Positions 14,299 through 26,889 of a DNA stretch of 64,000 nucleotides are shown piece by piece. Source of the DNA: Podospora anserina (lineage: Eukaryota); contig CM030332.1 of NCBI GenBank assembly GCA_017654855.1, positions 1,426,001 through 1,490,000 on the forward strand. The letters are read 5' to 3'. The position numbers and the translations under genes were made by a program. The notes under the pieces were generated by a model. It was not told where the DNA came from. It worked only from the letters and a program-made list of their open reading frames with translations, and ran no database searches. Positions within the stretch are counted from its first letter, which is position 1, and the number at the start of each line of letters is the position of its first letter.

Positions 14299-15937
14299 GA
14301 CGAATTTTCCTTTTCATAGCCGATACCCTTTCATTCTACTACACGTTATTCCTCGGGCCAGCAAAAAAAAATGGCGTCGATACGCCGGTACTGTCTAATC
14401 TTCACAACAATTCAACGTGACGGGTTCACTGAGAAACCCGTCACGACCTTTCAGGGGCCTTGTTTAGACCGGCGAGGCAGAAACCGAACTTGGGGCAGAG
14501 AACCGAACCCTACTTGAAGCGTTTTACTTCGTTTTCTTGAGCTACACTTCTGGTCACAGGAGGAGGAGGCGGAAGTGGGTAGTCAAGTAGATGGTCTGGC
14601 TCTGTCTCCAAGTTTGCTATACAAAAATCGGGAACGCTTCTTTCTTGGGGTGGTGGAGTTTGTTGGTTATAAGTCCGGGTGACGGTTTTGACCCAGTGTT
14701 TTCTTTTCTCGCGTTTTTTTCTCTTTGTCTTTTTCGTTTTTTTCTCTCTCGCGGAGCGGGGTGGAGAGGGGAATCTGTTGCCGTTGTTGGGTTTAGCAGG
14801 CCAAGCTGGGAAATCAAAGGGAAGAGGGGGGAAGAGAAGAGACCAGCATTGTCAAATATCAAGCCTTTTTTTTGTTGTTTTTTCTTTCTTTTTTCTTTCT
14901 CGCTTTTGGTTTCTTTCTTATGTCAATTTTTCTAAAGAACACCACCACCACACACCAACCACACCAATCAATTGACTATACATAAACGAACTGAGATCAA
15001 GGGAGAGGGTGTGTTTTTGCTGCTCTGCTTCTTTTGTTTTTCACACAGTACACATCTCCAGCCCAGTTCCATATCACGCATACTACAACTATACCATCAT
15101 ACTTTAGTACCCTACTTGCTCCTCACTATATTCTGTAGTTGGGATCTGTTAATTCGTCTGATGTAGTTTTGGGTTTTGTCTTCTTGGGGGTTATTTGTTG
15201 CGCATTGTGCTCTTTTTGTTATTATACCTCCACTTGGGTAGCTCGGAGGACGGCTGGTGGGGAGGCATAGAGAGAGCCTCTAGAAAGAGAGGGAAGGTCA
15301 AGGGTCCCTGAGGGGATATATACTGATGAGCAGGACGTGGGGAGCTGGGCATTCTTGTAGGGATAGTGGTTATAAATGAATTTTGAGAAGAACATAGTTG
15401 GAACTGGCAGCCATGCTTTGCTCTTGTTGATTACTCACATTTCGATTCAGTGCGGTACACAACCTGAGATGATTCCAACTTGCGATCCAAGATCACCCAC
15501 ACCAGACACCCACTAGAACTGTATCAGTCAGACCATCTTTAATTCATCACTCTCTCATGTAAGAGCAACTTGAGGTTAAATCCACTGATTGACCTTGCAC
15601 TGGCCTGTGCGCCACTCCCCGCCAAGCCCCTGCAGTCCCCACGGTCCCCTGCACTCTTTCCAAACCGTGGCCTCAATTGACGCGCACGGGCCAGGCTGTA
15701 GCAATTAGGGGACAGATCGGGCGACGTGCTCGCTAGGACAGCTTGGTGCTGTTGCTTGCTGGCCAATTTCACCAACCGCGACGACTTTTGACTTTCTCTT
15801 TTTTCTTCGTCATCAACCACCACCACCACTACTCATCACCACAATCACCGTCGACGCCTTTTCTTTCGGCCTTTTCGACGTTTTCAATTGATTTCTACCA
15901 AGTTTAATCCCACACACCACACCACACCACACCAACA

Positions 15938-16449
15938 ATGGTACCTCCCTCCCCATCCCCCATCACCACCACCCCCAATGAAGATGATGACGATACTAAC
16001 AAGAAATAGTCCTCCCCCCGCGCCTCCTCCCCCTCCTCCCCCACAGGCGGCCCAGCAGGCGTCGCAACCGGCGCCCGCCCGTCTTCCCCCCCCCCTCCAG
16101 GAGGCGCCCGCACCGCCATCCGCCGCCGTGCTGCTGCCGACCAAAAGGAGAAGATCGCCAATGCCAGACCCAACAGCACCCGCGCTGCGGGCGCGGGAGG
16201 CTCGAGCAGCACCATGCTGAGGCTGTATACCGACGAGAGCCCCGGGCTCAAGGTTGATCCGGTTGTTGTGCTGGTGTTGAGCTTGGTGTTTATTTTTAGT
16301 GTGGTTGCTTTGCATAGTGAGTTTTTCCTTTTTTGTTCGTATGAGGGGTGGTGGAAGGGGGAGCTTGGACTGGTGTTTTGGATGTGGGATTTTGGCTGAC
16401 AACAAGGGGAATAGTTATCGCCAAGATTACGAGGAAATTCTCGAGCTAA
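15938..16449 (+). CDS. SBH1: Sec61 translocon beta subunit
   Basis: ATG-only first exon, intron, then SSPRASSP...[11 protein letters not shown]...[34 protein letters not shown], second intron, then [10 protein letters not shown]. Confidence 0.93.
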
Positions 16450-17439
16450 ATTCCTGACACCTCACTCGATGACGCCAACGATGATCTGAGGATACGAGAT
16501 GAAGAGGGACGGTGGATCTGGTGGCGGCTTGGGTATCATGAAGACAAAAGGCTCACGGAACAGGGACTCCAAGGGTGGTGTTTAGGAAGAGAAACATTTC
16601 TTAATCCATCATGAGGACTGAAAATCACTGGGCCAAAAAGGGTGGTGAACTTGGGGATGGTGGGTGACAATTTTGTTTTTGGCGGCGTTCACAACATACA
16701 TTACATATACCTAGGGAACGCGGGGAAGGGGAGGAAGAGAGAGATAATGGGTCGAACGGATGGTGAGATGGCCAAAAGGCATCTTGTTTTAGTCTTTTCG
16801 TGGATGTGTTTTTTTTCTTGTTTTTTTTTTGCAAATGTGTACAATGTAAATTTGTTTGTAAGTGGCTGAATGATGGACCTTGTTCTGTTGTGAATGCCAT
16901 TTAGATGATGTTGCTCTTCTTGGCTTGTGGACATGGTTGCTTGTGCTGGGAGATAAGCAGGTTCCATATGAGGCTATCGTTGGGAGAAGCCTCGGGACAG
17001 AATCAATAACGGTGATTATACAAAGGTATTTATGACGTCCACCAGGTAGAACCCTGAATCCAGAAGCTCACCATGTGATTAATCTGCTCCTCAAACTGGT
17101 CGAATAAATCTTGATCGCTTGAATTGTAAACCCTCGGGTATATATGACTATCTCTCTCTCCCTTTTCACGCCATTCTCCTCTGTTTCTATCCCTACAGCT
17201 CCCCGTTTCTTATACACATTCTTTCTTCATTGCTCCCCCCCCCCCACCACCACAGGTATTTGGTTGATACAAAAAGGAAACAAAACAGAGATACAAAATA
17301 TGTATCCAACCCGCCTTTAACCCCTTAAACACCATAAACCCAACCATCAATAAAACGCCATGAGATCACCTAACCCAAAACCAAAACGCCAAAACTGTGC
17401 ACCCAGGAGAAATTATTGACAAAATCACAAGCACCCTGC

Positions 17440-20400
17440 TCAGTTACTTCTAGCCCTCTTCTCCGCCTCAATCAACTCCCTCCTCATATCCCTAAACATA
17501 TCCTCAATCTCATACACCTCCTCCATCGACAGCTTCGCCGACCTCAGCGTGTCCAACCCCCCTCGAAACATCCTCATGATGGCCTTTGCCCGGTCCTCTT
17601 CTTCTTCCTTGCTGTCTTCCAAATGTCGTTCCCTTTCTTCCGCGCTCGCCTCCACAGTGGAGGCCGGGCTGGTTTCTTTTTTTCGTTGTTGTTGTTCACC
17701 AAGTTGCATTTCTTCTGCTGCTGGTGGGTGGGTGACAGAATTGGTGGGTTCCTCCTCCTCCTCTTCTTCATCGTCGTCATCAAGACGTTGACTAGCGCTA
17801 AAGGACTCGAGCGCAATCTGGGATTGAACCTCGTCGTCGTCGCTGGTGGGGGGGTCATGATGCAGGTGGTGGTGTTCCATGTCCATGGCTGCTCCGCTGT
17901 CGAGTTCGGGTGAGCCGAGGGCTGTCGTGTTTTCTACAAGAGGAGACACCGGAGGACTTGACAATTCAAGGGAGGAGCTGGGAATCTCCGACATGGACTG
18001 CTCATGCGGGTTTTCCTCGGCCTTCACCTCCGCAGGAGCAGCAACTTGCTGAGGTGCCTGTGTTCGCCGGGGTTGGCTGTCTGGGACCTCGTGCTCCTCC
18101 ACCGGCGGCGGCGTCTCGGTGAACTCGAGACGCGTTCTCTTGCTAGGATCCTGCGCTCTGGTAGATCCTCTTTTTCTCTTGCGCGGCCGGCCTCTTTGTG
18201 GTCCCGTTGGCTGCGAGCTAGGGATCGTTTCCAGCTCTGGTGATGCTGCCGAGCTTGACCTGGTGAGTCTTCTGGTGACTGGTGGTATTATAGGGATAGA
18301 TTTGCCGAGTTTCTTGGGGCTATCACCAACCACAATGCACTCCCGAGGGGCCGCCTTAGGCCCCGTGTAGTCGGGGGAGGCAGATGATTGGTGATACTCT
18401 TGCCTGTCCACTCGCGCATTGTCCAATTCAACCACCAATCGGAGCAGACTTCTCTCGTCGAGCTCGCTGACTTCGAACGAGGTGTTATCTGCATTGCTGC
18501 GTTGGCTCGTTGCCGGGGCAGTCGACTGAGCTGGCCCTGCGGACCGCCTTGCTCGGCTAAGGCTCGTCGGAAGAGGACCTGAGCGTGCGTCCACAAAAAC
18601 TTCATCCGATTTAGGCTCGGGATTTTGACGAGCAGGACCTTGCACGGCCTGGGGCGGTGTTGAGTGTCGTTCCTGCTCAGTCAGTCCCGGAAGCTGGGAC
18701 CCATTGGTAGAGTCAACGTCCATGTGATCACCATCCTCCCCTGGCAGCCGTGCCTCCTCCTTTTCTTCTCCAGCGACGGACTTTTGAGGAGAAAGGGCGG
18801 GAAGTGATACCACGGTGACAAAACCACTTTGACCCGATGGATCGGGGACAGCATGGCGGGAAGGAAGAGGTGACCCTGAGATTGGCGAGGAAGAGAACTG
18901 CCACTCCTCAAGCAAGCTGTGACTAGCAGACCTTGACCTTATCTCAGCAGCTAGCGGATTGCGTCTCGGTTCTGGAGGTGATGAAGGCGGATCAGTCATG
19001 TCGTGTCCCGGAATCATCAACGGCTGCCCTCGGCGTGGGGTCGGCGTTGACGAGACATACTCATCAAACCGAGCATCTGGCTGAGGGGTGGCCGCTTGGG
19101 GTGTTGTGATCTTCTCTGGAGCCCGAGATGTCCCTTCCTCGGTTGTTGTGGCATGTCTCCTTGACCTGCCTGGGCTCGACCTGATCTCAGGGAAAAGAGC
19201 AGCGTTCTCTTTCTGTCGTTCGCGCACTTCCTTCTGTCTTTCAGTCAATGCCTGTGACTCGAGTGCATTCATCTCCGTAGCGGCAGGGCCAATGGCTGCA
19301 AATTGGATCTGTGAATCATCGTGTCTAAGTTTTGGCGCTGCTTTCCGACGATTGGCAGCAGCCAGCTTTCTGACAGGTGATGTGTCGACACGGCGCTTGG
19401 TCGACGGGGTAAGCCGAGTAGACGCTGGTGATCTCGCTGGTGACGAGGTTGCCCGCGGAGTTCCGCGTCGGCTGCTAGATCGAGTGGACATCCTCGGCAG
19501 GCTGAAGTCCTCGGACGACTCAGTAAACAGCATTTGCTGCTGGCCTGCAAACTGGGAGCTGACAGTTTCGAGACCTGGCAAAACAATGGCGGTATGAAGT
19601 TGCATCTGGATGAGTGATGCTTTGAGGTCCTCTGGGTACTCCAGATGCCCAACCTTCTCAAACAGCGTATTCCACAAAGAAACGGCAGAGTTGACAATGG
19701 ACCGATGACTAGAAGCAAAAGACGCGCAGAAGAACCGCTCAAGAAAGTCGAGTTGCTGAGCTGGCTGCTCGATCTCAGTGATCAACGAGGCTAATTTATC
19801 CCAGAGGGTTTTGGTCTACTTATTGTTAGTAACATAGCAACAAAGTACCGGGGTGTGTGTACTCACTGCAGCAGAGACAGAAGCAGTCTGACTGCTAAGC
19901 TGTCGATTGCTGTCCTGAAGCCAGGGGATGATACCATCCTGGAGAGTGGCCAATGTTCTCAGGAACAACTGGCGATTGCACCTGTCAAAGAAGCCACCAA
20001 CTTCCTTGAGAAGATGGATAGTCGGATCGGTATCGGTGGTGTCAAATGTGGTATACCTGTTTACCAAAGCTTCGCTGGCAGCCTTGTAGAGGTTGTCAAA
20101 CGTGTCAAAAGAGGAAGAACGAGATCCAGCAAGAGCAGTACCCCAAAGACGCCGCCGGGCTGCATCTACAGCTTGCCGGTCCCGTGGCTGTGTTGCAACG
20201 GAGATGAGTTCAGCCACGCATCTCAGAGTATTCGGGAGCAACGCGCCTCCAGTTCCCCCGAGAGTGATCTGGTCCATCAAAGCCTTGGATAGGGGCTCAA
20301 CGATAACTATCGCTACTCCTGCATCTCCAGTCTCTTCCCGTACTCTTTCGAATAGCGCATAGAACAAAGACTCCCAAGGCTTCCAGGGGAGGCTCGGAGT

Positions 20401-22800
20401 CGACCTGATGCCGCGTTCGAGTACCTTGACAATGTCACGGTATTCATTGCCAACCGGAGTATCAGTCCCAGATCCTGTTGAGTGGTGACTGTGGTGTTGT
20501 GGATCGAGCCAAGGAGTGATCTGCTCAGCAACAAGCAGCCACGTTCCCCAAGGGCGAGGTGTCTCTTGGGGAATGGTTGCAAGGAGATCTTGTGCCAGGT
20601 CCATCTTTGCCTTGTCGGCCTTTGAGGCGAAGAAACGGGCAAAAATTTGACCAAGGAAATCCGCATAATCCTGATCGTCCAATACACCAGGTGGGAGTGT
20701 TGACAAGCTAGAGAAGAGCGTGTAGAGAGGGGCCTTCAAGGCCCCTTGAGCTTTGCTGGGCTTCTCGGTAAACGGCAATGACCCCAGAGAGTTGAACATA
20801 AGCTTCAAGTACGATTGTGCAGCGAGAAGGAACTCTGGTCCCTTCCCCTCGGGAACCCCCTGCTTCCACACGGTTTGCAAAATATTAAAAGATTCTGTAA
20901 CAAAGCTGGTGGTATCCTTTGATACCTTGATCTCCTTAGCCGCGGCAGAAGCAACAGTAACCACCAAAGTCTCCCAAAGCTTGTATGTCGTGGTGTTCGT
21001 TTGGGCGAGAGCAATGAAGTTTCGCTCAAGAATGTTTCCTACCAGAGGAAAGACCTTCCCAACACTGTGTCGGACCCATTTCGAATCAAGAGGCGGAAGT
21101 TCGCTCGGCTTCAGATGTGTATTGTCCTGAATGCGGTCTTCCTTCCATCTCCGCGGCGTCGTGCTGTCAAACAGTCCAGCGAGGATGGCAGTGGCTTGCT
21201 GAAGGTTGTCGGCGGCAGCTTCGGAGGCCGGGTCGAGAAGCTTCTCAACGATAGGCTTGACACTACAATCCCAGTATCGATCCAGAAGTGTTGTGCTGGT
21301 GTTCGGTTTGAACGTGTAGTACAGGAGATTGCAGATGGACCCAAACACTGCCTGCCGCAGCTCCTCGGTCATCTTTCCAGGACCTTTTCTCCCCAACTGC
21401 CCTGTCAGGGGCGTGACCAGCGTCGAGATGTTCTTGTTAAACGACCGATCGTCGGTTTGTACAAAGTAAACAAGACGGTTCCAGCCACGGTTGGCGGCGA
21501 TCTTGGTGGCAAAGTCGGTGCTGTTGAAACAGCCCTGAATGAGAAGAAGCCAGGAGCGCGAATGCTCCCACTTTTCTAGAGGAATGCGAAGCAGTAGTAG
21601 GACCGCACTCCAGATATCTGGAACCACTACAGAGTCTTGTTTCTCCTTGATCATAGCCTGGAGCCTCTCATAGTAGTACTGGATATACTTTTGGTCCCCA
21701 GAACTGGTATTGAAAATCTCAACAACTTTTCTCGATAACGCCTTGTCGTGTCCGATAGTAAAGGCCAGTTCGAGACCAAAAGAGATAGCCGATGATCGAA
21801 TTTCCTTCAGATTACTGAGCATATCGGTAAATAGATCCATCAGCCAGTCTGAATGAACTATCATGTATTGCCTCGATTGCTTGACCAGCTTCCGGTAAAT
21901 GAAGATGCGGGACAGGACGATGCTCTTGCCTGTAAGATATTCCTCGATCCGGCGCAATGATGCCACTATTCTCCCAACTCTTTCTGCCGTGATGACTTTT
22001 GCTGGGAAGTTTTGCACGGACAAAACCTGCATAAGACGGCGGGCGATATCCTTGGGAGTGTCAGGGTCCTCGAAGGACCGAATGCAGTGGTCGACAATGA
22101 AAATGCCAAAATCATTGCTTATGGACGAGGCTATCGCGGGAAAGTGAAGAAATGTGATGAGCATATTGAGGGCGTGGTTCACAAGTATCGAGTCCAGAGC
22201 AGATTCCGAGGTCCTAGAGACAATATCTCTCTGAATAAACTGCATGAAAAGCCCCATTTTCTCTTGCAACGCCACGCGGTCTGGTAGGTTATTCGATGTC
22301 TTGAGGGCCCGGGTCAACATCTCGTATGAATCCACCTTCGACTCGCGGTCGCCTCCGGCCAGTTGCTGGATTGTGGATTCGAGCATGGCGGCAAGGTTGA
22401 CTTTCGGGTTGGATGGATCGCAGGGGTTGCTGCTGGATGGGTCGAGAAGGTTTGGGGCGTGGTTTGTGATTTTAAGAATCGATTTGATGGGCTTGGACGC
22501 ACTTCGAGGGAGGGAAACCGGCGTAGGATGTTGTTTCACTGCACCCCCTTCCCCGTAGACAGGAGCCTCCTTATATTCGGTTTGGGCGGAGAACCCAACC
22601 TTCTTGCGGCGGCGCGAGGTCGAGTTCGTTGTGGTAGAGGAGCTTGGGGACTGATGGCCCGGTGGAGTGTGGACGGACTGGAGGGAGCCAAGAGTATGGT
22701 TGAATGGGACGGAAGGCTCATGGTGTGTTTCTCTCGGGGGAGTTGGGGGTCGTGGTGGCAGAATACTGAGGGCGGTAGATAGGATGGCAGGAGATGACAT
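17440..22800 (-). CDS. RIF1: Rif1 (Rap1-interacting factor 1), telomere length and replication timing regulator
   Basis: N-terminal RPPTPP, PP1-docking motifs KKVGF (RVxF) and KSILK, long HEAT-like helical region, LRHDDSQIQF motif and disordered C-terminus. One 51-nt intron 19866-19816 joins the 1074-aa and 781-aa ORFs. Confidence 0.85.
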
Positions 22801-22853
22801 GTTCGGCGGATCGAACTGTCGAGAGAGGCTCTGCGCCGAGAGCGATGGAGAGC

Positions 22854-22897
22854 AACCCAAAGACCCAGAAATCCAAAGACCCAGAAACCCAAAGACC
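22854..22897. repeat. Short tandem repeat, 16-nt unit AA(C/T)CCAAAGACCCAGA x ~2.75
   Basis: aacccaaagacccaga / aatccaaagacccaga / aacccaaagacc read directly; lies just upstream of the Rif1 ATG. Confidence 0.7.
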
Positions 22898-23125
22898 TGG
22901 CGACCCGTCACCTGAATACCGAAGACTGACAAAATGGCAGACACATTTAGAAAACAGAACTGGCGATGGCGGCGATGAAAAGGCGGCCCAGCAACAAAAA
23001 GACGGTAAGGAGCGTGATGTCGGCTTTGGTCGCACAGCAAATGTGTCTATGTGGTTGAGCCGCTGGAAGACCTTGGGCAATTAAGACTTTTAACGCGGTC
23101 GCGCCATGTCTCCCCTGGTCCTTGG

Positions 23126-23131
23126 ACGCGT
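23126..23131. promoter_or_regulatory. MCB-like element (ACGCGT) upstream of RIF1
   Basis: Perfect ACGCGT with further CGCG cores nearby (~23093-23104, 23136-23141), about 330 bp upstream of the Rif1 ATG. Confidence 0.45.
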
Positions 23132-23685
23132 CAGGTCGCGACTGCACTTTGTCAAAGGTGACAGCCCCACATTCAGCCCCCATCTTTTCTGGGGATGCAT
23201 CTCTCCAACAGGTACTTGTACCATGTAACAATTGAACTTGATGAAAAGATCATATATTCCACTGCGGGTTTCCACATTGCTGGAAATTAATTGCATCTGG
23301 TCTGGAGTCTCCATTCATCAATACCAAACTTGAACAAGGCCGGCTTGGAGGGTCTAGTCAGTGTTTTCCTAGCGACGGCTATGTATGTATCTATGTACCT
23401 TGTACTTGACAGTTGCCTTTGAAATAGCCCCACCCAGTTGTCGACGACGCTCTTTCACTTTCAGACCGCCAGTATGGGCATCTTGGGAATCGGTATAAAC
23501 CATTCATGAGTAAAGCTTGCTTCCACTTTCTTCCTATATTTTATTGCCGCATCTCAAGTTACACGCCAGCACAAATTCTCGTCAGCCAGGTCATTTTTTA
23601 AAGAGGGGTACCCAGCTTTTGGAGTGGTTCTTTATTGTTGCAACAACCCATCCTAGAATAAATCTCCAACTTTATCACAGTCGCT

Positions 23686-25228
23686 ATGGCACAATCTGCT
23701 TCTTTCGGAAGACTTACAGGGCCTGGTAAGGGAAACTCTGGGCTGCTACTTGATGAACGCAAAGGCTAAGACTCCGGTAGCTAAACTAGATGCTGTGAAG
23801 CAGCTTTTGGGGTCGTTGACAGAGGATCTTGAGACCAGCTCCCTAGCACCTCAACGTTGGTTTATCTTCCCAGCAGCTCTTGAGATTGCCTCTAACAAGT
23901 TTGAAATAGGACGAGAGTCGATCCTTGAGGAGCTGAAGATATATGGCCGGGACCCCAACTGTGCAGATCCTATCTTCACCAAGGAAGGCATCAAGACGCT
24001 AGTCAGACATGCTTTTGACAGTACGTCAGTCAACACCTCGCGCGGCGCCCTCAGGATACTTTGCAATACTCTTCTTCTTGAACCAGAGACGCGACAAAGA
24101 TTCGTCGACACTGGATATGCGGCCAAAGCAAGTGAGAAGCTGAAGGAGGATAACTCCGACGATGAGTTTCTTGTGGCTAGGCTGCTTCTTATCTCCACAT
24201 ACAACACCAATATCGATCTCCCCAAGCTCATTACACAGCATGGCCTGGCGGACTCCATAGCCAATCACCTCGCGAGGCATGCCAAACGACTTTCCTCGAC
24301 AAACAGATCGACCACTGCAAATCCTATGGATCCAATGGCCCTAGAAGAAACCCTCAAGCTTACCTTCAACGTCAGCCAATTCTCTCCTAATCACCTCGCC
24401 TCTTTCGAACCAGCAATTCCTCATATTATCACTATCCTGTGTAGTCTCGACCTACCTTCCCCCCACACCAAGACCCCTCTTGGGCCGCCGTTTGGACCCG
24501 CAGTCAACGCCGTCCTAAACCTGGACCTCTCAACCCCAACCGCGAAGGAGTACCTCTACCCCGACAGCTCACCGTCCAGCTTCTCGGACCGCCTCATTAA
24601 GCTCCTTTCGCTCTCTATCAAGGCCTACAAGAACCCAGATCTCGAGCAAATCGTCACTCCTCTGGTCTGCGCCCTCTCCCTGGTCTACGAGCATGCCCCG
24701 GCCTCCGTCAAGCAGTCCATTAAGTCTGCTCTCCTGCCAACAGAGAAAGATCGCGAAGACGCCCTCGGCAAGGCTGACACCTTGCAGGGCCACCTCTTGA
24801 AGAACTGGTCCAACCCCGAAGCCCCAGAGCTAGGCAAAGCGATTGCACACTTGTATTTTGACTTGTCGAATAGGGACCCGCACAAATTTGTCAAGAATGT
24901 TGGTTATGGATATGCTTCTGGTTTCTTGTTCCAGAACAACATCAGCTTCACCCCGGAGGAGCTCAACAAGGGCGGCGAGACTGAAGTGGAAGGCGAGGAT
25001 GGCGTGAGGGAGATCAAGAGGCCGATCAACCCCATCACTGGGCAGTTCTTGGATACAGAAAGGGTATCTGAGCTGCCAGAGATGACGGATGAGGAGAAGG
25101 AGAGGGAAGCGGAGAGGTTATTTGTTTTGTTTGAAAGGCTTAAGCAGACCGGCATCATCGATGTGCAGAATCCCGTGGAGCAGGCCATGCGGGAGGGACG
25201 GTTCGAGGAGCTCCCTGACGACAAATAG
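23686..25228 (+). CDS. RIC8: Ric8/synembryn G-alpha guanine nucleotide exchange factor and chaperone
   Basis: C-terminal motifs FVKNVGYGYASGFL, INPITGQ, EMTDEEKEREAERLFVLFERL. ATG at 23686; two short 5' introns (~23726-23780, 23856-23909). Confidence 0.92.
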
Positions 25229-25460
25229 TATGGGTGCTTTTGGAGTAGCTTGGCTGTGAAGAGGGGAACGGGGGATAGTTCAGGTGGCAAGCAACCTCAT
25301 CTCGGGATGATGGTTGTTGACGGCAACATTATCCAACAGCTGGCACTGGTTTCAGACATATCTGTTTATTCGTCGACGAACAGGAGCATTACCTAGGCAA
25401 CCACGATACCTGAAACCGAAGCTTATAAGATCCAGATTGGTCCCATGTAATAACAAAACA

Positions 25461-25602
25461 GGACGTATGGTCTAGTGGTTAAGACGTCTCGGCTGCAAAA
25501 TGTTCGTTGCCTTGAAACTGTTACAATGATATGACAGGTGAAAGGGTTCGAATGATACAATGCTCCCTGAGAAGGTCCCGGGTTCGAACCCCGATACGTT
25601 CA
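25461..25602 (+). tRNA. Intron-containing tRNA gene with atypical anticodon arm (identity ambiguous: Cys-GCA with 6-bp stem, or TGC with G32/C33)
   Basis: Acceptor stem GGACGTA/TACGTTC+A, D arm GTCT-AGTGGTTA-AGAC (A box), anticodon stem TCTCG(G)/(C)TGAGA, ~68-nt intron, variable loop AGGTC, T arm CCGGG-TTCGAAC-CCCGA (B box; one C.A mismatch). T-runs (TTTT, TTTTT) follow as a Pol III terminator. Confidence 0.75.
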
Positions 25603-25943
25603 GTTCCTTTTGGCTTTTTGGATAATCTGCCACATTTGCTCCTTGCACTCCGGCCCTTCCCTTCCGGCTGTGGTCAAGGAAGGAGTCCGGGCTTGGCACG
25701 ATAAAGTGGGTCTCCGGTCCCGAAGAGTGTGGAGCTCCTCCCTCGGGGAAACTGGTGATTTCATGACGTTGCACTTTTCCGTCGCGTTCAAATTACCTTC
25801 AACTTTCCAGCCCAACAGCTCTTTTTTTGACAGCTGCAGCTTGCGAAGATTACAACCCACTACTCTTCTCTTCTTACTACATACGGTCATTTCAGGCGAT
25901 AGTTTATTCATTGGTTTATTGTTTATTTCTTCAGTACAACCAA

Positions 25944-26889
25944 ATGGACGCCGTACGCACCGCCCTCCAACCGATAACCCACAACCTCCCTGCCCCGATT
26001 CGGGACCTGGGCGTCTCGATCATTGGGGGGAAATGCTACAAATCTCTGCTTCTCGATATTGACGTGGAGGACACCGAATGCCTCAAGTACGCGATTAGCA
26101 AGGGTCTCGGAATTGGCATTGTCGGCGCCTCAGCGATCGTCAAGGTGCCGCAAATTGTGAAGCTTGTCAAGTCCAAGTCCGCCTCGGGAGTCTCTTTCCT
26201 CGCCTACCTGCTCGAGACCTCGTCGTACCTGATCAGCTTGGCATACAATGTTCGGAACGGGTTCCCCTTCAGCACTTATGGCGAGACGGCCATGGTTCTC
26301 GCCCAGAACGTGCTCATCACAGTTTTGGTCCTGCACTACAGTGGAAAGGCCAGCATGGCGGGTCTGTTTGTTGCTGCTTTGGCGGCCAGCGCCGTCACGC
26401 TTTTCAACGAGCAGACCTTGGGCATGAAGGAGCTGGGTTGGTTGCAGGTTGGAGCTGGGGGCATGAGTGTGGCCAGCAAGATCCCCCAGATCGCGGCCAT
26501 TTGGAGCCAGGGAGGTACTGGGCAGCTCAGTGCCTTCACTGTAAGTTCATTCGGCGGTTGCAGTGTCAAGATGGGAGAACAATATGCTGACGGCGGTGAA
26601 TGAACAGGTCTTCAACTACCTCCTCGGCTCGCTCACCCGCATTTTTACCACAATTCAAGAGGTGGACGACAAGGTTATCCTCTACAGCTTCGTGGCTGGC
26701 TTTGCACTCAACTTGGTGTTGGCGCTCCAGATGGTGTACTACTGGAATGCGCCCTCGGCGAAGGCCCAGGGCAAGCGCAAGGAGGCCCTTCCCCCCAACA
26801 GCGCTCTCGCCCCTTCATACGCTGAAGTTGCGGCGACCTCGACGGCGAGACCTCGCAGCAAGGGCCCCACGACTCGCCGCCGTGGTTAG
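25944..26889 (+). CDS. MPDU1: Mannose-P-dolichol utilization defect 1 (MPDU1/Lec35) PQ-loop membrane protein
   Basis: SKGLGIGIVGASAIVKVPQI, FPFSTYGE, second PQ repeat SKIPQI, TGQLSAFT|VFNYLLGSLTRIFTT. Intron 26541-26608. Confidence 0.92.

Noticed and set aside
22801-23040. 80-aa in-frame N-terminal extension of Rif1
   Set aside because: Non-ATG start, includes a tandem repeat and is not protein-like; the aacATG at 22800 is the better start.
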